This document shows positions 1 to 11,948 of a stretch of DNA of 64,000 nucleotides, piece after piece. The notes beneath the pieces are model-generated. The model saw only the letters and a list, made by a program, of their open reading frames with translations, was not told where the DNA came from and did not search any database. The first letter of the stretch is position 1; every line of letters begins with the position of its first letter. Source of the DNA: Takakia lepidozioides (taxonomy: Eukaryota; Plantae; Bryophyta); assembly GCA_030704615.1 (NCBI GenBank), contig CM060733.1, forward strand, positions 24,676,001-24,740,000, read 5' to 3'. A program made the position numbers and the translations under genes.

Positions 1-329
1 AGGCAAGTCCGCTATCTTTATGAACAAGGACCGCAAAATGACATTGGATACGGACAAGGAAGTGGTAACGACAAATGCACCAGTGAGTAGTCCTTCCAGT
101 CTGGTGAGTCTGGTCACTCCAGTCTACTCAGAAGTGTGAGTCTGCTCAGTCCACTCGGTCTGACCTGAGTCTAGTGAGTCCACTCAGTCCGCTCGGTGTG
201 GACAATCTGATGAATGGAATCAGTCCGCTTAGACCGTTGCGTACATGGATTTTCACACAAGGCCGTGGTCTGTGTGCAGGTTGGGTTCTCGTTTTGCCGT
301 GGCCCTGCGACAGAATGTGGCGGCCGGCC

Positions 330-1374
330 ATGCCATGGTTCAGTTTTATGAAGGCGACCCCCGGTATGAGTGCTCCATCGGGCCTCCGGACTTGAAGCCA
401 CTTGAGACGGTGGAGTCAGAGTGCACAAATAGAATGTTGGAGCTGTGGTGTCATTTCTATGGTTGAGGAGAAGTACTCAAGTACTGTTGCTCTTCTACTA
501 GCCTCAACGTGGTATCTTATGATGACATACTGGGACGGGCCACGAGAAATGTATTCTTGCTGGAGCGTCCCTCGGCTCGGCAAAGACATAAAAGACTGCC
601 TTCATATAATCGTTCCGATTGTGGAGGAGTTGATCTCGCATATCCAGTTTGTTCTGTCGGGCTAGTCTTTTGAATGACATCAATCCGTTTACACTGGCCT
701 CTCGCTGGTTGAGTCCGTTCAGTCTGCTCAGTCTGGCAAATCTGCCCAGTCTTTTGAATGACGACAGTTTGCTCGGTCTGCCCACTCTGCCGAGTCTGCT
801 GAGTCTGCTCAATCTGCCGAGTCTGCTGAGTCTGCTCATTATGCCGAGTCTGTTGAGTCCGCTGCGTGTACTAGGACCAAGACCCAGCCTACTTGCGAAT
901 CTGCAGAGTTTGTTGGAGAGTCAGTTGGAGTGGTCTGCTGAGAGGACTATGGGCTGAGAGTGTGCTGCCATGAGACTCATGAGAATCGTCTTGCAGGGGG
1001 CACTGAAGTGTTGTTGTCATCGACGTGCGGAAAGGCTGTTACACTCACATGAACTCCATCGAGTCATGCATGGTTGCCCATATGTTTTGTCATGGACACG
1101 GAAACTGCATGCGGAGTGTTTAGGCTACAGTGTTGATTCACCGGGTTGGGAGGAGGTTAGGGCATTTCAGTTCAACCAGCCTGAAGTGCCCCAACAGCCA
1201 TTCAGCTGGGAATGTGGGTTTTACGTCATGTCCTTTATCCAAGGATATTATGAATGGCTACAAACTAGGCATAGTCAAACCTCTCCTAAAAAGGCAGAGA
1301 GATGAGTACCTTTCACGAAAAATTGGTTTACGTTCAAGTTTGCACTTGGCCAACGGATGCAGTGTCTTAAATAC
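330..1374 (+). pseudogene. Ulp1/C48 SUMO-protease-like pseudogene (MULE-associated)
   Basis: Pieces read IIVPIVEE, then an intron ending at acceptor tcttgcag (~996), then GH*SVVVID (catalytic HW, W changed to stop), then PQQPFSWECGFYV (catalytic Q/C motif). Frameshifted, and interrupted at 1375 by a CACTA terminus. Confidence 0.7.
660..960. repeat. Degenerate 9-bp (GAGTCTGCT-like) minisatellite in the Ulp1 intron
   Basis: Repeated gagtctgct / cagtctg / aatctgcc units; these produce the spurious LLSL and RLSR ORFs. Confidence 0.75.
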
Positions 1375-2291
1375 CACTAGTAGAAAATCCGGCTTTTACG
1401 TCTGCTATTTTCCAGTCGTATCAGCCTTTTATGACTGCATGACTGCCCAGTCAGATAAACCCAGTCAGTTGTGACAAATGAGTCGTAAGCGCCATAGAGT
1501 CGTATCTGCCAGTCGTGGAGCTCACTGTTGACGTGGCAACAGGGACGCCTAATCATAGTCATTGATAAGACCGTAGTAAATGACTGTGAATCCATGTCAG
1601 CTTCACGTGGAACAGAAGGGATATGCCACGTGTCACAACAAAGAGAAGGCGACAGGGTCTTCACTACTTATACGACTTTCGCGGATTAACCCCATGACAA
1701 CACGTGGACAATACCGGGCATGACACGTGGCACGACAGGGTGAAGAGAGGGGGTCTTCCAAGACTGGCATGTATGACTTCCGCAGTTTAACCCCAGGACA
1801 ACACGTGGCATCAATTTATGCATAATGGGAGTGGTCGTTATGACTGGAACACATGACTTTGAGGGACGGACTCTGGATACCGCACGTGGCACACGGGTAT
1901 GGGCAAACACATGGGGTACAATGAAAGTGCCACGTGGAGAGGGTCTTTGGATGGGAGGCAGTCGTATACATGACTGTGTCCAGGCTGCCATGGTAAACTT
2001 ACATAATACTCGAATACTGTAAGGAAAAAAATAAAATACAAACTACTACACCAAGCAAGGCAACAGGTTGTGTGGTAGTAGACAAGCAATGAAACATGAC
2101 AGCACCATTGAAATTGGAACATCGATTCAAACACAACGTAACTTAATGTTTCGTTGATCCGTTCCAACAGAGGAACACACTCATGAAGTCCTGCTTGGAT
2201 TACTGCATAGAGTACCCAAAATCTAAGCACTGCCAAGTGTACACCACCTACCACCCGGTGGTGCTACAAAAAAACCACAAAGCTGCAAAGT

Positions 2292-2513
2292 CTAACATGC
2301 AAAGTCATACATGTTGACAAGGGTGTTGAGTAGAAAAATATTTGGCGTGAATCCACTTTGGATAATGTGAGTGTGCGCCTGCTTTCCACCTTCCAGACCT
2401 TCCATCTTGATGCACTCAAGCAAGAGACAGACATATGTATCTGAATCTGCTGACTGTGGAAGCCTTCTTTTCATATGCCTGACCACATTTAACAAAAGAT
2501 GGAACTCAGGCAT
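2292..2513 (-). pseudogene. PLS-class PPR gene fragment
   Basis: DTYVCLLLEC...LEGGKQAHTHIIQSGFTPNIFLLNTLVNMY is a typical PPR L/S motif; the fragment is isolated and truncated. Confidence 0.75.
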
Positions 2514-2716
2514 GAGATGCTGAATTGCAAACAGTCAATACCACTCAGAGAGATCCTGCTCATGGTTGCACGCTCGAATTGTTCCGTTTCCCTGAGATTT
2601 CCCTGAGATTTTCCTGAATTCCCCACCCCCTAGGCATAATATCGGTATGGTTCTTACTTCAACACGTTTTCTTACAGTTAAAACACCATCCTTGTTGTCT
2701 GTTCACAGGTTAGATC

Positions 2717-3140
2717 ATGGCTGGTCTCTTCAGCCAACAAAGGTGTTCGGTCGCTGTAACTCTGTGCCTTATATCTTTCTTTTTCTTTCAGCAAACATGT
2801 GCCAAAACACTTACTGTTGGTGACACTTCTGGATGGACCGATTTTGATACTTCAATTGGTAGTGCACCAAACTATGCACTGAGCATCGAGATTGGTGACA
2901 TCTTAGGTGATTCGGCTATACTCTCGTGGACCACTGTTCATGCTATTTTTTTTGGTCCAGAGGACGTTTTATTCTTTTTTTCTCTTCAACTCTGATGGGA
3001 TACTTGAACTGAAGCTCATACTATAGCTTCAATTTTATCGGTGTGGTTGGATAGCACGGATCCATATCTCAGCTCAATTTGTCTAGCTATCTCATACAGC
3101 CTGGATCAAGTACTTATGACCAGTGTCCCCAAAAAGACAA
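2717..3140 (+). pseudogene. Phytocyanin (plastocyanin-like) gene fragment
   Basis: Signal-peptide-like N-terminus followed by AKTLTVGDTSGW..PNY..IGDIL, an intron, then a TYDQC remnant. The WA motif region appears deleted. Confidence 0.55.
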
Positions 3141-4699
3141 TGTGACAAATTGGTTGAAAAGGACAACGAGTGTCTGCAATAAAATGGAAATTGTTCGGCT
3201 GAATGAAGGAGGCCTAGCATAGGGTTGTCACATGGTGCACCTCAATAGTTGTTGTGTTGTCCGCAACCAATGCCACACCATTTTCTGCCTTGACCTCCTT
3301 TTCCCCATTGCTACCTACTGCTGGAATTAGCATGGCTCATGTTCCTGGGCTATCTTTCGAAGATTCCAATTTTCCATACTATGATGAAGACTCCATCGGC
3401 TGTGCTGAAGAAGCTTCATCCGTGCAGCTTCAGCAGCACTAGAAAATATGAACAATGTCATAAGCAAATCTGAGTAATGTCAAGGGCACAGCTGTAGGCC
3501 AGGGTCATCACACATGCAGGTCTCGCTGAAGAAGTTACTCTAGTTTATTCCTTCAGAAGCCAAAGTATTGTCAATGACAAAGGTACAGACATGCAGCAAA
3601 ACAGAGCCAGACATCCACCAACATAACCTAGAATTGCCAGGACCATTATTTTCGTAGGATACGTCCAGAATAGTACGAAGGACTGTCCAACCAGCCCCCA
3701 CACACAAGTTCAGTGCATCAATCAGTACAAGGTGCTGAGCATACATGCTTTTCCTACCATCACCTCCTTCAACACAGCAAACAGATGAAGAACTCTGAAC
3801 CTAGGTTCCCCTAAAAACCTTTCATCTGTAAGGATCTTCACCAATCTTGCAAAAACTCAACTCAACCAGATACTTTCATGGCAGAGAGGCGTCATTCACT
3901 CATTCCGCTACCCATTTCAGCCATGAAACATAGGCAAGTGCATGTCCTCGAAAAATATGAGGAATAGCCTAAGAGCGCCACTGGTAAAGATACGGAGGGT
4001 CAAAAGAAGGAAGTGGAACACACCATAAACCCTTGAGTGATGCCATCAAAGGTAATCCGCTGCCATGAATCAAAGTAAGAGAAGATGTCGAACTTGGTTT
4101 TGGCTGCAATGCCTACTGATGCTAGTATCATGATCACAAAATAGCAAAGAAAGAAGGAAGAACTTGTAGTTACGAGCTCCAACACAGTTGACCACCCAAA
4201 CACAGTGGTGCATGGTCCATCTTCAAAATGCATCGCCCACCTGTCCATTGCTATTCCATCCCATCCATCACTTGTCCACTTGATCTCTTACTACATTGGA
4301 CACAAATGCAACAGTTACTACAACATGTAGCATGCCTACAGTGGCATGGTTATTCTCATACCATAGACAGGCTTGCTTGTTCGGTTATTCCTCAAGGGAT
4401 TTTGGGACCAGTGGGGCTCTGGACAAGTGCTTGTGGAGTGGAAACTATAAGGACTCAACAATAATGGGCTGCTTACAAAGAGCATTGGTCACATAGGACT
4501 GACAGGACTTCCGGGAGTTCACAACGTACTCAGAATGCTCAATCAACCACAACACTTTGAGGCAAAAGGAGCAAACACATCTAGTAGAATAAATAAGCTG
4601 TCAAGTATACAATACCCATTTCTCGATTCTGTTGCAACAACATAACCTTCAACAGTAACATTAGTGAAGACTTGCATTACTCTCCTGAAAGTATTTACA

Positions 4700-7110
4700 G
4701 AACAGAAGGAACCTCTTAGGGTCCCACCCGTGGTACCATTGACTGGGGTCAGAAAGTATTCATTCCACAACTTCTCCTCGTCTCTGTTACCTGTTTGTGG
4801 ATACTTTCCTGTTGTCACAGTGGCAGTATCATGTGAAAGTCACTCCAAACTATCAAAGAATTCAACATGAAAATTTAGGGCCGATTCTGATAAGAGGGAA
4901 AAACAGGGTGAATTGTGTTGAAGAAGGTGCCTTGATTACCAGTGCCTGATTTTATCAATTGTGCCGCTGCTACCAGTTGACCATCTACCCATGGAGGTTT
5001 CTTGTACCTATCCTTCCACATCGAATCATAGGTAATCTGGAGCTTCAGATCTGGCCCTCTTGGATGAATCTGGACCCACACTCTATCCCTGCTCCTCCAG
5101 GTCAGAAAAGCGTTCATTCCAAAGCTTCTCTTCATCTCTGTTATCTGTTTTTGGGTACTTTCCTGCTGCCATATCGGCAATAACTTGTGAAAGTCACTTC
5201 AAACCACCACAGATCCACCCAACGAGCTAACTTACAGAATTTAATATGCAAATTCAGGGCTGAGTCTGATGAGAGGGAAAAACAAGCTGAAATAGGTCGA
5301 AGAAGAAGGTATCTTTACCACATTGTCCTCATCCTTGTGTCATGACCCATGGAGGATTTGACTGACCATGAACCCAAGAGGACCTCTTGTGTGTGCTGCT
5401 TGTGTCTGTAATCAGGTAATGTCGGATTGGTCCGTGAAAACCACCACTGTGCAACTGAGCAGGCAGAGATTGAAACACGACAAGGGTGAAATCTGTTGAA
5501 GAAGGTACCTTCATTAGCAATGCCTTGTTCTACCAATTGTGTTGCTGCCCCTGCTGTTTCCAGTTGACCATCCACCCACGCAGATACTTTCCTGCTGCCA
5601 CATCAGCAGGGACTTGTCAAAGTCACCCCAAACCACCAGAGATCCATCCAACGAGCTAACTTACAGAATTCAATATGCATGTCAGGGCCAAGTCTGTCCA
5701 AAGCTTCTCCTCATCTCTGTTATCTGTTTTTCGACACTTTCCTGCAGTCACATCGGCATTAACTTGTCAAAGTCACTCTAAACGGCCACCACACATCCAC
5801 CCCAACGAGCTCACTTACAGAATTCAATATGCATCTCGGGGCCAAGTCTGATGAGAGGGCAAAACAAGCTGAAGAACTCCAGCCATGAACCTGTCACATG
5901 TCAAAATCACTCCAAAACCACCAGAGATCCATCAAGGAGCTAACTTGCAGAATTCAACATGGAAAATTGAGGGACGACTCTGATGTCAGAGAAAAACAGG
6001 CTGAAATGTGTTGAAGAAGGTGCCTTCATTAGCAGTGCTAGTTGATACTGCACTAGCAGTGCCACTGCCAGTTGACCATTTGTTTCTTGTAGCTATCCTC
6101 CACAGGGAAGAGCTTGAAATCCGGGAATCTTGGATGAATCTGGAACCACAATCTATCCCTGCACTCCTTCAGCTATCCATGCCTATGTACAAATCGTGAA
6201 TACATCCTCAGCCTTGCTGCAGCTAGCAGCTGAAGCAGCTGACACTGACGCCCTAACCCTACCTACAGCAACATGTCAAAATCACTCCAAAACCACCATC
6301 GATGCACCAACGAGCTTCTCCTCATCTATGTTATCTGTTTTTGGATACCTTCCTGCTGCCACATCGGCAGTAGCTTGTCAAAGTCACTCCTAACCACCAT
6401 AGATCCACCCAACCAGCTAACTTACAGAATTAAATATGCATCTCGGGGCCGAGTCTGATGAGAGGGTAAAACAGGCAGAAATAGGTTGAAGAAGAAGGTG
6501 CCCTCACCACATTGTCCTCGACCTTGTGTCTTGACCCATGGAGGATTGGACTGACCATGAAACCAAGAGGACCTCGTGTGTGCTGCTTGTGTCCGTAGTC
6601 AGGTAATGTCGGATTGGTCCGTGAGAACCACCACGGTGCAACTGAGCGGGCAGAGATTGAAACACGACCTGCTAAGACCAAGCTGACTCTCCCAAGAACC
6701 TTGTAAACATCAGGAAGAATACCAAATCATGGTACTAACAGGAGCCGAGAGCACATTTGCAGGATGGACAAACTTCTTCACATCGTACATTAAGAAAAAG
6801 CCACACCTTCCGATTACGGTTGTCCCACCAGCGTGAAGGATCTTTCAAAAACTCATGCCAGCTCTGCTCCGTGCTGCAAATGCAGGGCCGAGTCTGATGA
6901 GAGGGCAAAACAGGCTGAAATAGGTCGAAGAAGAAGGTGCCCTCACCACATTGTCCTCGACCTTGTGTCTTGACCCATGGAGGATTGGACTGACCATGAA
7001 ACCGAGAGGACCTCTTGTGTGTGCTGTTTGTGTCTATAGTCAGGTAATGTCGGATAGGTCTGTGAGAGCGGCCACGGTGCATTCGAGCAGGTAGAGATTG
7101 AAACACGGCC
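4700..7110 (-). pseudogene. Tandem array of degenerate OSB-type PDF-motif modules
   Basis: At least five copies each of the two halves: (DEEKL/EQS)W.E.F..P..WWDNR..K and xNP/HP..PD(Y/F/L)(R/K)HK...W...PPWV..Q. Many frameshifts. Confidence 0.7.
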
Positions 7111-8589
7111 TGCTATCACGATGCTTTGGCACTAGGAAGACGCAGCCCGCAAAAAACACTAAGTCCCCTGCACTCTCTGCGACCTAGCAGCCCTAAATTC
7201 GAGCCAATCTTTTGAATTTTTTGAACGTTTTGCACCCTAACAATATATAAAATGATTATATATTCCATGTCATTATATAAAGGTATTTTTAGCTTTATAT
7301 ATTTGTATATATATATATATTCATATCATTAAATGAGTCACAGTTAAAACGACTGTATATTTTATTTAATTACTAATATATATCTCAAATAATATGAATT
7401 TAAAATATAATTGTGGAGGTTATTGAAATCACTTACAATTTAAAATAAATCACCTGTAAGTCGACGTCACCCTCGAAGTCGTATCATTTGCAGCCGTTAG
7501 ATGCACTTGCATCCAATACACCACAATATTTCAACCACGCGAGCAATGATATGTAGACACGTCGTCATTTGCAGTCACATCCTCGTTCTATTTCATCCAT
7601 TTATCTTTGCATTTTCCACATAGACATTCCTTGGGCAACCAACGATCGCCACGTGCAGTCGTGAATACTAGCAGGCATACTTTGCAATGTCCATGTCATC
7701 ATAGTGTAGATTTGGCCATGACTCGTAGTCGTATCTACCATCGGAGGCACACAGTGGCATATACGTCTTTTGGTGGTCACAATTGGCATCCAGGACTGCC
7801 CCCTTGCATTTTGTAGACATATATGCTACGACTAGGCAAATGTGGCAGACGTTAAAGCCAGGATCTATTGTAGTGTACATCTTGAATGGTTTGGCCGTTG
7901 CTGAGAAAGCAACATCCTCATAGATATCCGTCTGGGCCCGAGATTAGAGGTGCACCATATGACGCATTTGTCATGTAAGCATGCTTTTGAGCATTTGCAA
8001 CGAAATAAAAGATGACTTTGCATACACATCCTATTGGTCGATTATGAGTGCAGTCTGAAGTACTCGCTGTAGACTTGTGATCAATTCACTGCATGTTATT
8101 AAGCGGACTTACCCCTGCATAGTGCGAGCACACACAATCATTTTGTTTAACTTACCAAGGGAGTCCACTGGTCAGCAAACAGCCGAGAGTCAGCAGACTG
8201 CCAGAGTACGCGAAGAGGGCGTGCCTAGGCTGGTGAGCAGACGGCTTTCTCTTCTTCATCGGTTTGTTCATCTCATTTAAAGATGCGATTGGGAGCCATG
8301 AGTCTGCATTGGTGAGCAGACTGTCGAGAATCATCGGAGTGTTAGAGTACAGGCGGATGACATTGGCCAGTAGTCTGCCAAGTCTGGTCAGCAGAGTAAG
8401 TGAGGGTCCACCGAATGGCGAGTCTGATGGGTAGACCGCATGAGGGTCACTAGTCAGCCGGGTGCATGCACATTCAGAACCAGGAGACTGGTCTGCTCAA
8501 GAGACTGTGTACTCCGCACCCTGCATACTTTGTTTTCCTGGTGATGTACAGGTCCGAGTGTTTACAAGCCTATGACCACAATGGTTCGA

Positions 8590-8820
8590 AGGCTGGCACA
8601 GCAGACTGTTCGAAGACTGAGCAGAAGCCTAGTATAACAGACTGGTTCAGACGCTAGAAGACTGGTTGAGCAGACTGGTTCAGACAGTAGAAGACTGGTT
8701 TAGCAGACTGGTTCACACAGTAGAAGACTGGTTGAGCATACTGGTTCAGACGCCATAAGACTTGTTCACCAGGCTGGTCCAGACACCACAAGACTGGTTC
8801 AACAGACTGATTGGCAGACA
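8590..8820. repeat. 33-bp tandem repeat, about 7 copies
   Basis: Unit agaagactggttgagcagactggttcagacagt starts at 8656, 8689, 8722, 8755 and 8788. Confidence 0.85.
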
Positions 8821-8974
8821 GGTTGGAAGTCTTGTGCACATACAATCGTACCACCGAAATTTTATTTCATCGGGAGAATGATAGTGTACATTTCTTACAT
8901 TTTTTACTCTACTTTACAACTGGTATACGGTCTGCAACCCTCCGGATTGTGGAGTACAAAATCCCGTTTCATTT

Positions 8975-10082
8975 TCAGCGGCATATATTGTTGTTGTCAT
9001 TTACAGGATAGAAGCTCTTTGTTGCCGCAGGGTGCAACATTCCTGCAGCACTCTTGGCGAGAATATCAACAAGCTGCCCCCTACAGATTCGAAGAGAAGA
9101 CAACACATGTTTCTCCAGGTATTTGTCGTCACCAACAATGCGAAGTTTGTTTGCAAATTCTTCGTCCATGGAGGATGGTACGAGGACAGGCTCCGCATCA
9201 TAGGGGAAGTCATTTGTGGAAGGGCTCTCTGTTGCATTTCCCAAACCCTCTTCGTCGCCGCCACTTGCATGAACCCTAAACACATTATGCAATCCTCCAT
9301 GAATGGTTCCTAGCGCCGTGCACTAGCGCGCTCTATGAGTCCATCCTACAAGTGTGGATGAAGCAACTTTAGGACTCGGACTTGATGCTTGCACAAATTG
9401 CCCCTCATTGCCCATGGGCAAGTGCAAGAAGCCCATTCGCATCTGGGGTTGTAAACAATGTAAATTGTGTTTGGGTGATTGGTGCTTAGAACATAGGTTG
9501 GTTGCCCAGGATGGAACGGCAGAATGACATTGCAAGCTAGGATGTCGCATGCCGCAAGCATAGAATTGGACATGTACTTCTCCTGTTTGTCATTCGTTAT
9601 GAATCCGTGCGTCTTCAGGTAAATTGCATACCAGTACACGTGTGTTAGCACACGGCCTGTGAGTTCCCATATGAGCCAATCCATTCTACGCCCAATCATT
9701 TTGCTTTTCCCCATCCTCACTCTTGCCTTCAAGTTTCCATGGTATGCCTCAATGCTAGCGTTTGTGTCTTGACTGGCATGCGGAACATGGCGAGTTGCTG
9801 TACACCACATTGCTATTTTAGGACGTCATTCTTTATCGATGTAGTCCAGAAATTCATGCCCATTCGGATATTTCTTTCTCATGCCTCGGAGCGTTATTGC
9901 TACCCACACAAGATCTTCTTTGGGATCGATTGGTCCACCTCTACAGTACATGAGGTCTCCCATATCCTTTAGCAAGTTTGCGGCAGTGATAGGATCTTTG
10001 ATTTTCGCGCATGATTGCTTCACCCAAGCCCGCCGGATATGCCAAAGGCACAGGAAAATGAGCACTCCTCGGAAAACAGCCC
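8975..10082 (-). pseudogene. Mutator-like (MULE) transposase, 3' exon with SWIM zinc finger
   Basis: LCLWHIRRAW (CxxH), DTNASIEAYHGNLK (catalytic E region) and CTCPWAMRGNLCKHQ (SWIM). Splice acceptor near 10083. Frameshifted; the upstream exon was not recognised. Confidence 0.85.
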
Positions 10083-10327
10083 TGCAAAGTACACATGCCC
10101 ACATGAGAAACTTCAAAGACGACTTCGCCGGTGGACTTGGGCACTAACCCAGTAGACTCTCTGGTGGACTGGTCTGCCCGTCTGTTCCAGTGGATTTGCC
10201 CAACGGATTCAGCCAGCAGACTCGCACACTATGACCTGCCATGAGTGTTGCCCTCACGAGACCACCAGCAGACCTGACCACGCTGATCTCGCAATGGACT
10301 TGTGTAAGTGAGTCTTGCAACGGACTT

Positions 10328-11045
10328 TGTCGCGCACCTCACTTCGGTAAGCTCCCCTTCAAGTCATAGTTACTCGCTTTGATGTGCGCACCTAACTCCC
10401 AAACTGGCCAACTCGGAGCTTCGGCTGCTCCCCGGAACATAACGGTCCCCTTTTGCCCCTCCAAAAGACCCTCCACCAATTTGGGCCTAGTGGAAATTCC
10501 CTTTGGTAGATGGCAGTCGGGAATAGCTCCCCACTCCTTGGTCGCTTTTCGGCTCGCTCGCTCACTCACTAGTTTTTGGTCACCAACGGGCTTGCACCGT
10601 TCTCGGGGTTAGTACTCCCTATATATACTTCTGTGACTGTCCGCAGGGGTTTCACAAACAACCCTGCCATTTTATGGCGAACCACCACGGAGACCCTCGA
10701 TTCCCGGTGATGAGTCGCGGTGAGTCTTGGCCCACTCACCACGGCCCCATTGGACCGTGATGAGTCCCAAGACTCCCCACGACTCCCACCACAAGGTCTC
10801 CGCCCCCATGGTGAGTCATATGCCATCCCCACTAAGTCCCACTAAGCTACCACCACCCCTCGTGGAACCACCCCCACCGCAACCCGGTGTGCGGGGCTCC
10901 ACCTAGTGAGCGCCTCCACCTCCTTGACTGCCTTGGGCACTCAAGGGTGCTTCAGCCCCCGTACCTATTGTTGCCACTACCCCCACCATAGGGGCAGCCC
11001 CTCTTGTGTCCCGACCCCCTGCCCTCAAGGCAAAAGGCCGCGACA
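10328..11045 (-). repeat. 3' LTR of the Galadriel-like element
   Basis: tgtcgcgca...cgcgaca; about 95% identical by hand count to 24742-25467. PPT-like agtaggggtgtg on the minus strand at 11046-11057. Confidence 0.95.
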
Positions 11046-11948
11046 CACACCCCTACTAACAGGGAGTCGATGTCCTCATCGACTTGTCCATTTTGTAGAA
11101 ACGAACATCCAAGTTGTGGCGTCCCACATCAAGGAGTTTGTTTCCATACATGGCGTCCCATAGCAAAGAACCAAACTCCCACTTGACTCAACTCTCCACT
11201 AGCTAGTTCGGCCGACTTCCTCCAAGTCCCGGCCAAGGGTGGAGCCTCTCAAGCTCCACCTAGTGCACTCTTCTTGGCCGACTTCAAGGCCAAGGGTCGA
11301 TCCTTCCCGAGGATTGAATCGCCTTACTGCAACAACATTGCTTGCGACCGCTCATGATGCCAGTTTTGGCATCACCTTGAGCAAGGGTTCACCTTGAACC
11401 CTTTTTGACTAGGAAGATAACCTTGAACCAACCGTGCGTCCCAATCACTACAATTGGGTCCGCCTTGGAATGTTGGCCTGAGGTACGGGAACACGTCGAA
11501 GCCGCATTACGACTTCGTCTCGAGGCTACACGATTATAGTATGTGAACGGAAGCACGTAGCTTCCGCGTTAGCCCGCACTACAAGGCAACCCCCTCGGTA
11601 GCGTAGTTATAGTATGCGCACGCGCCAGGTGCGCACTAGCACGTGAACTCCTAAAGAAGGCGCAAGTTACCTTGAACCTTGGATGGGAGTCACCCGATTT
11701 TGGCACTACACAAACACACGATTAATCCAATTTGTCTCTCCCACTTTTGTAAGCTAGCATGCATTCTACACACTAGCCAACCATACCATGCATCACCATT
11801 CTAAACAAAATAGGCAGCACTATATTTGGAAACCATTTCATTTATAACAAAATTTGTACAACACAAGTTTTTGCAATCGGATTCCTGAGCTAGCTAAGTC
11901 GGGCTAAGCATGCATTTCCTCCCCCAGGTTCCAAGGTTGATGTCCCCA

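Larger units (their letters stand above)
1375..8020. mobile_element. Putative non-autonomous CACTA element carrying host gene fragments; right TIR not found
   Basis: CACTAGTAGAAAATCCGGC begins at 1375. Subterminal gtcgta / atgact / tacgac motifs are dense at 1400-2000 and again at 7330-8020. MULE-type sequence resumes near 8030. Confidence 0.45.

Noticed and set aside
504-957. LRR-looking ORFs (LLSL.. / RLSR..)
   Set aside because: These are translations of a 9-bp intronic minisatellite, not a protein.
3250-4500. Hydrophobic, coding-like fragments on both strands
   Set aside because: No family motif I could recognise with confidence.
8590-8820. CRISPR-like periodicity, also considered for 30004-31270
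   Set aside because: Contiguous tandem units with no unique spacers, no cas genes, and a eukaryotic context.
10339-11186. ORFs duplicated at 24783-25570
   Set aside because: They lie within the LTRs; frames are not conserved between the two LTR copies.
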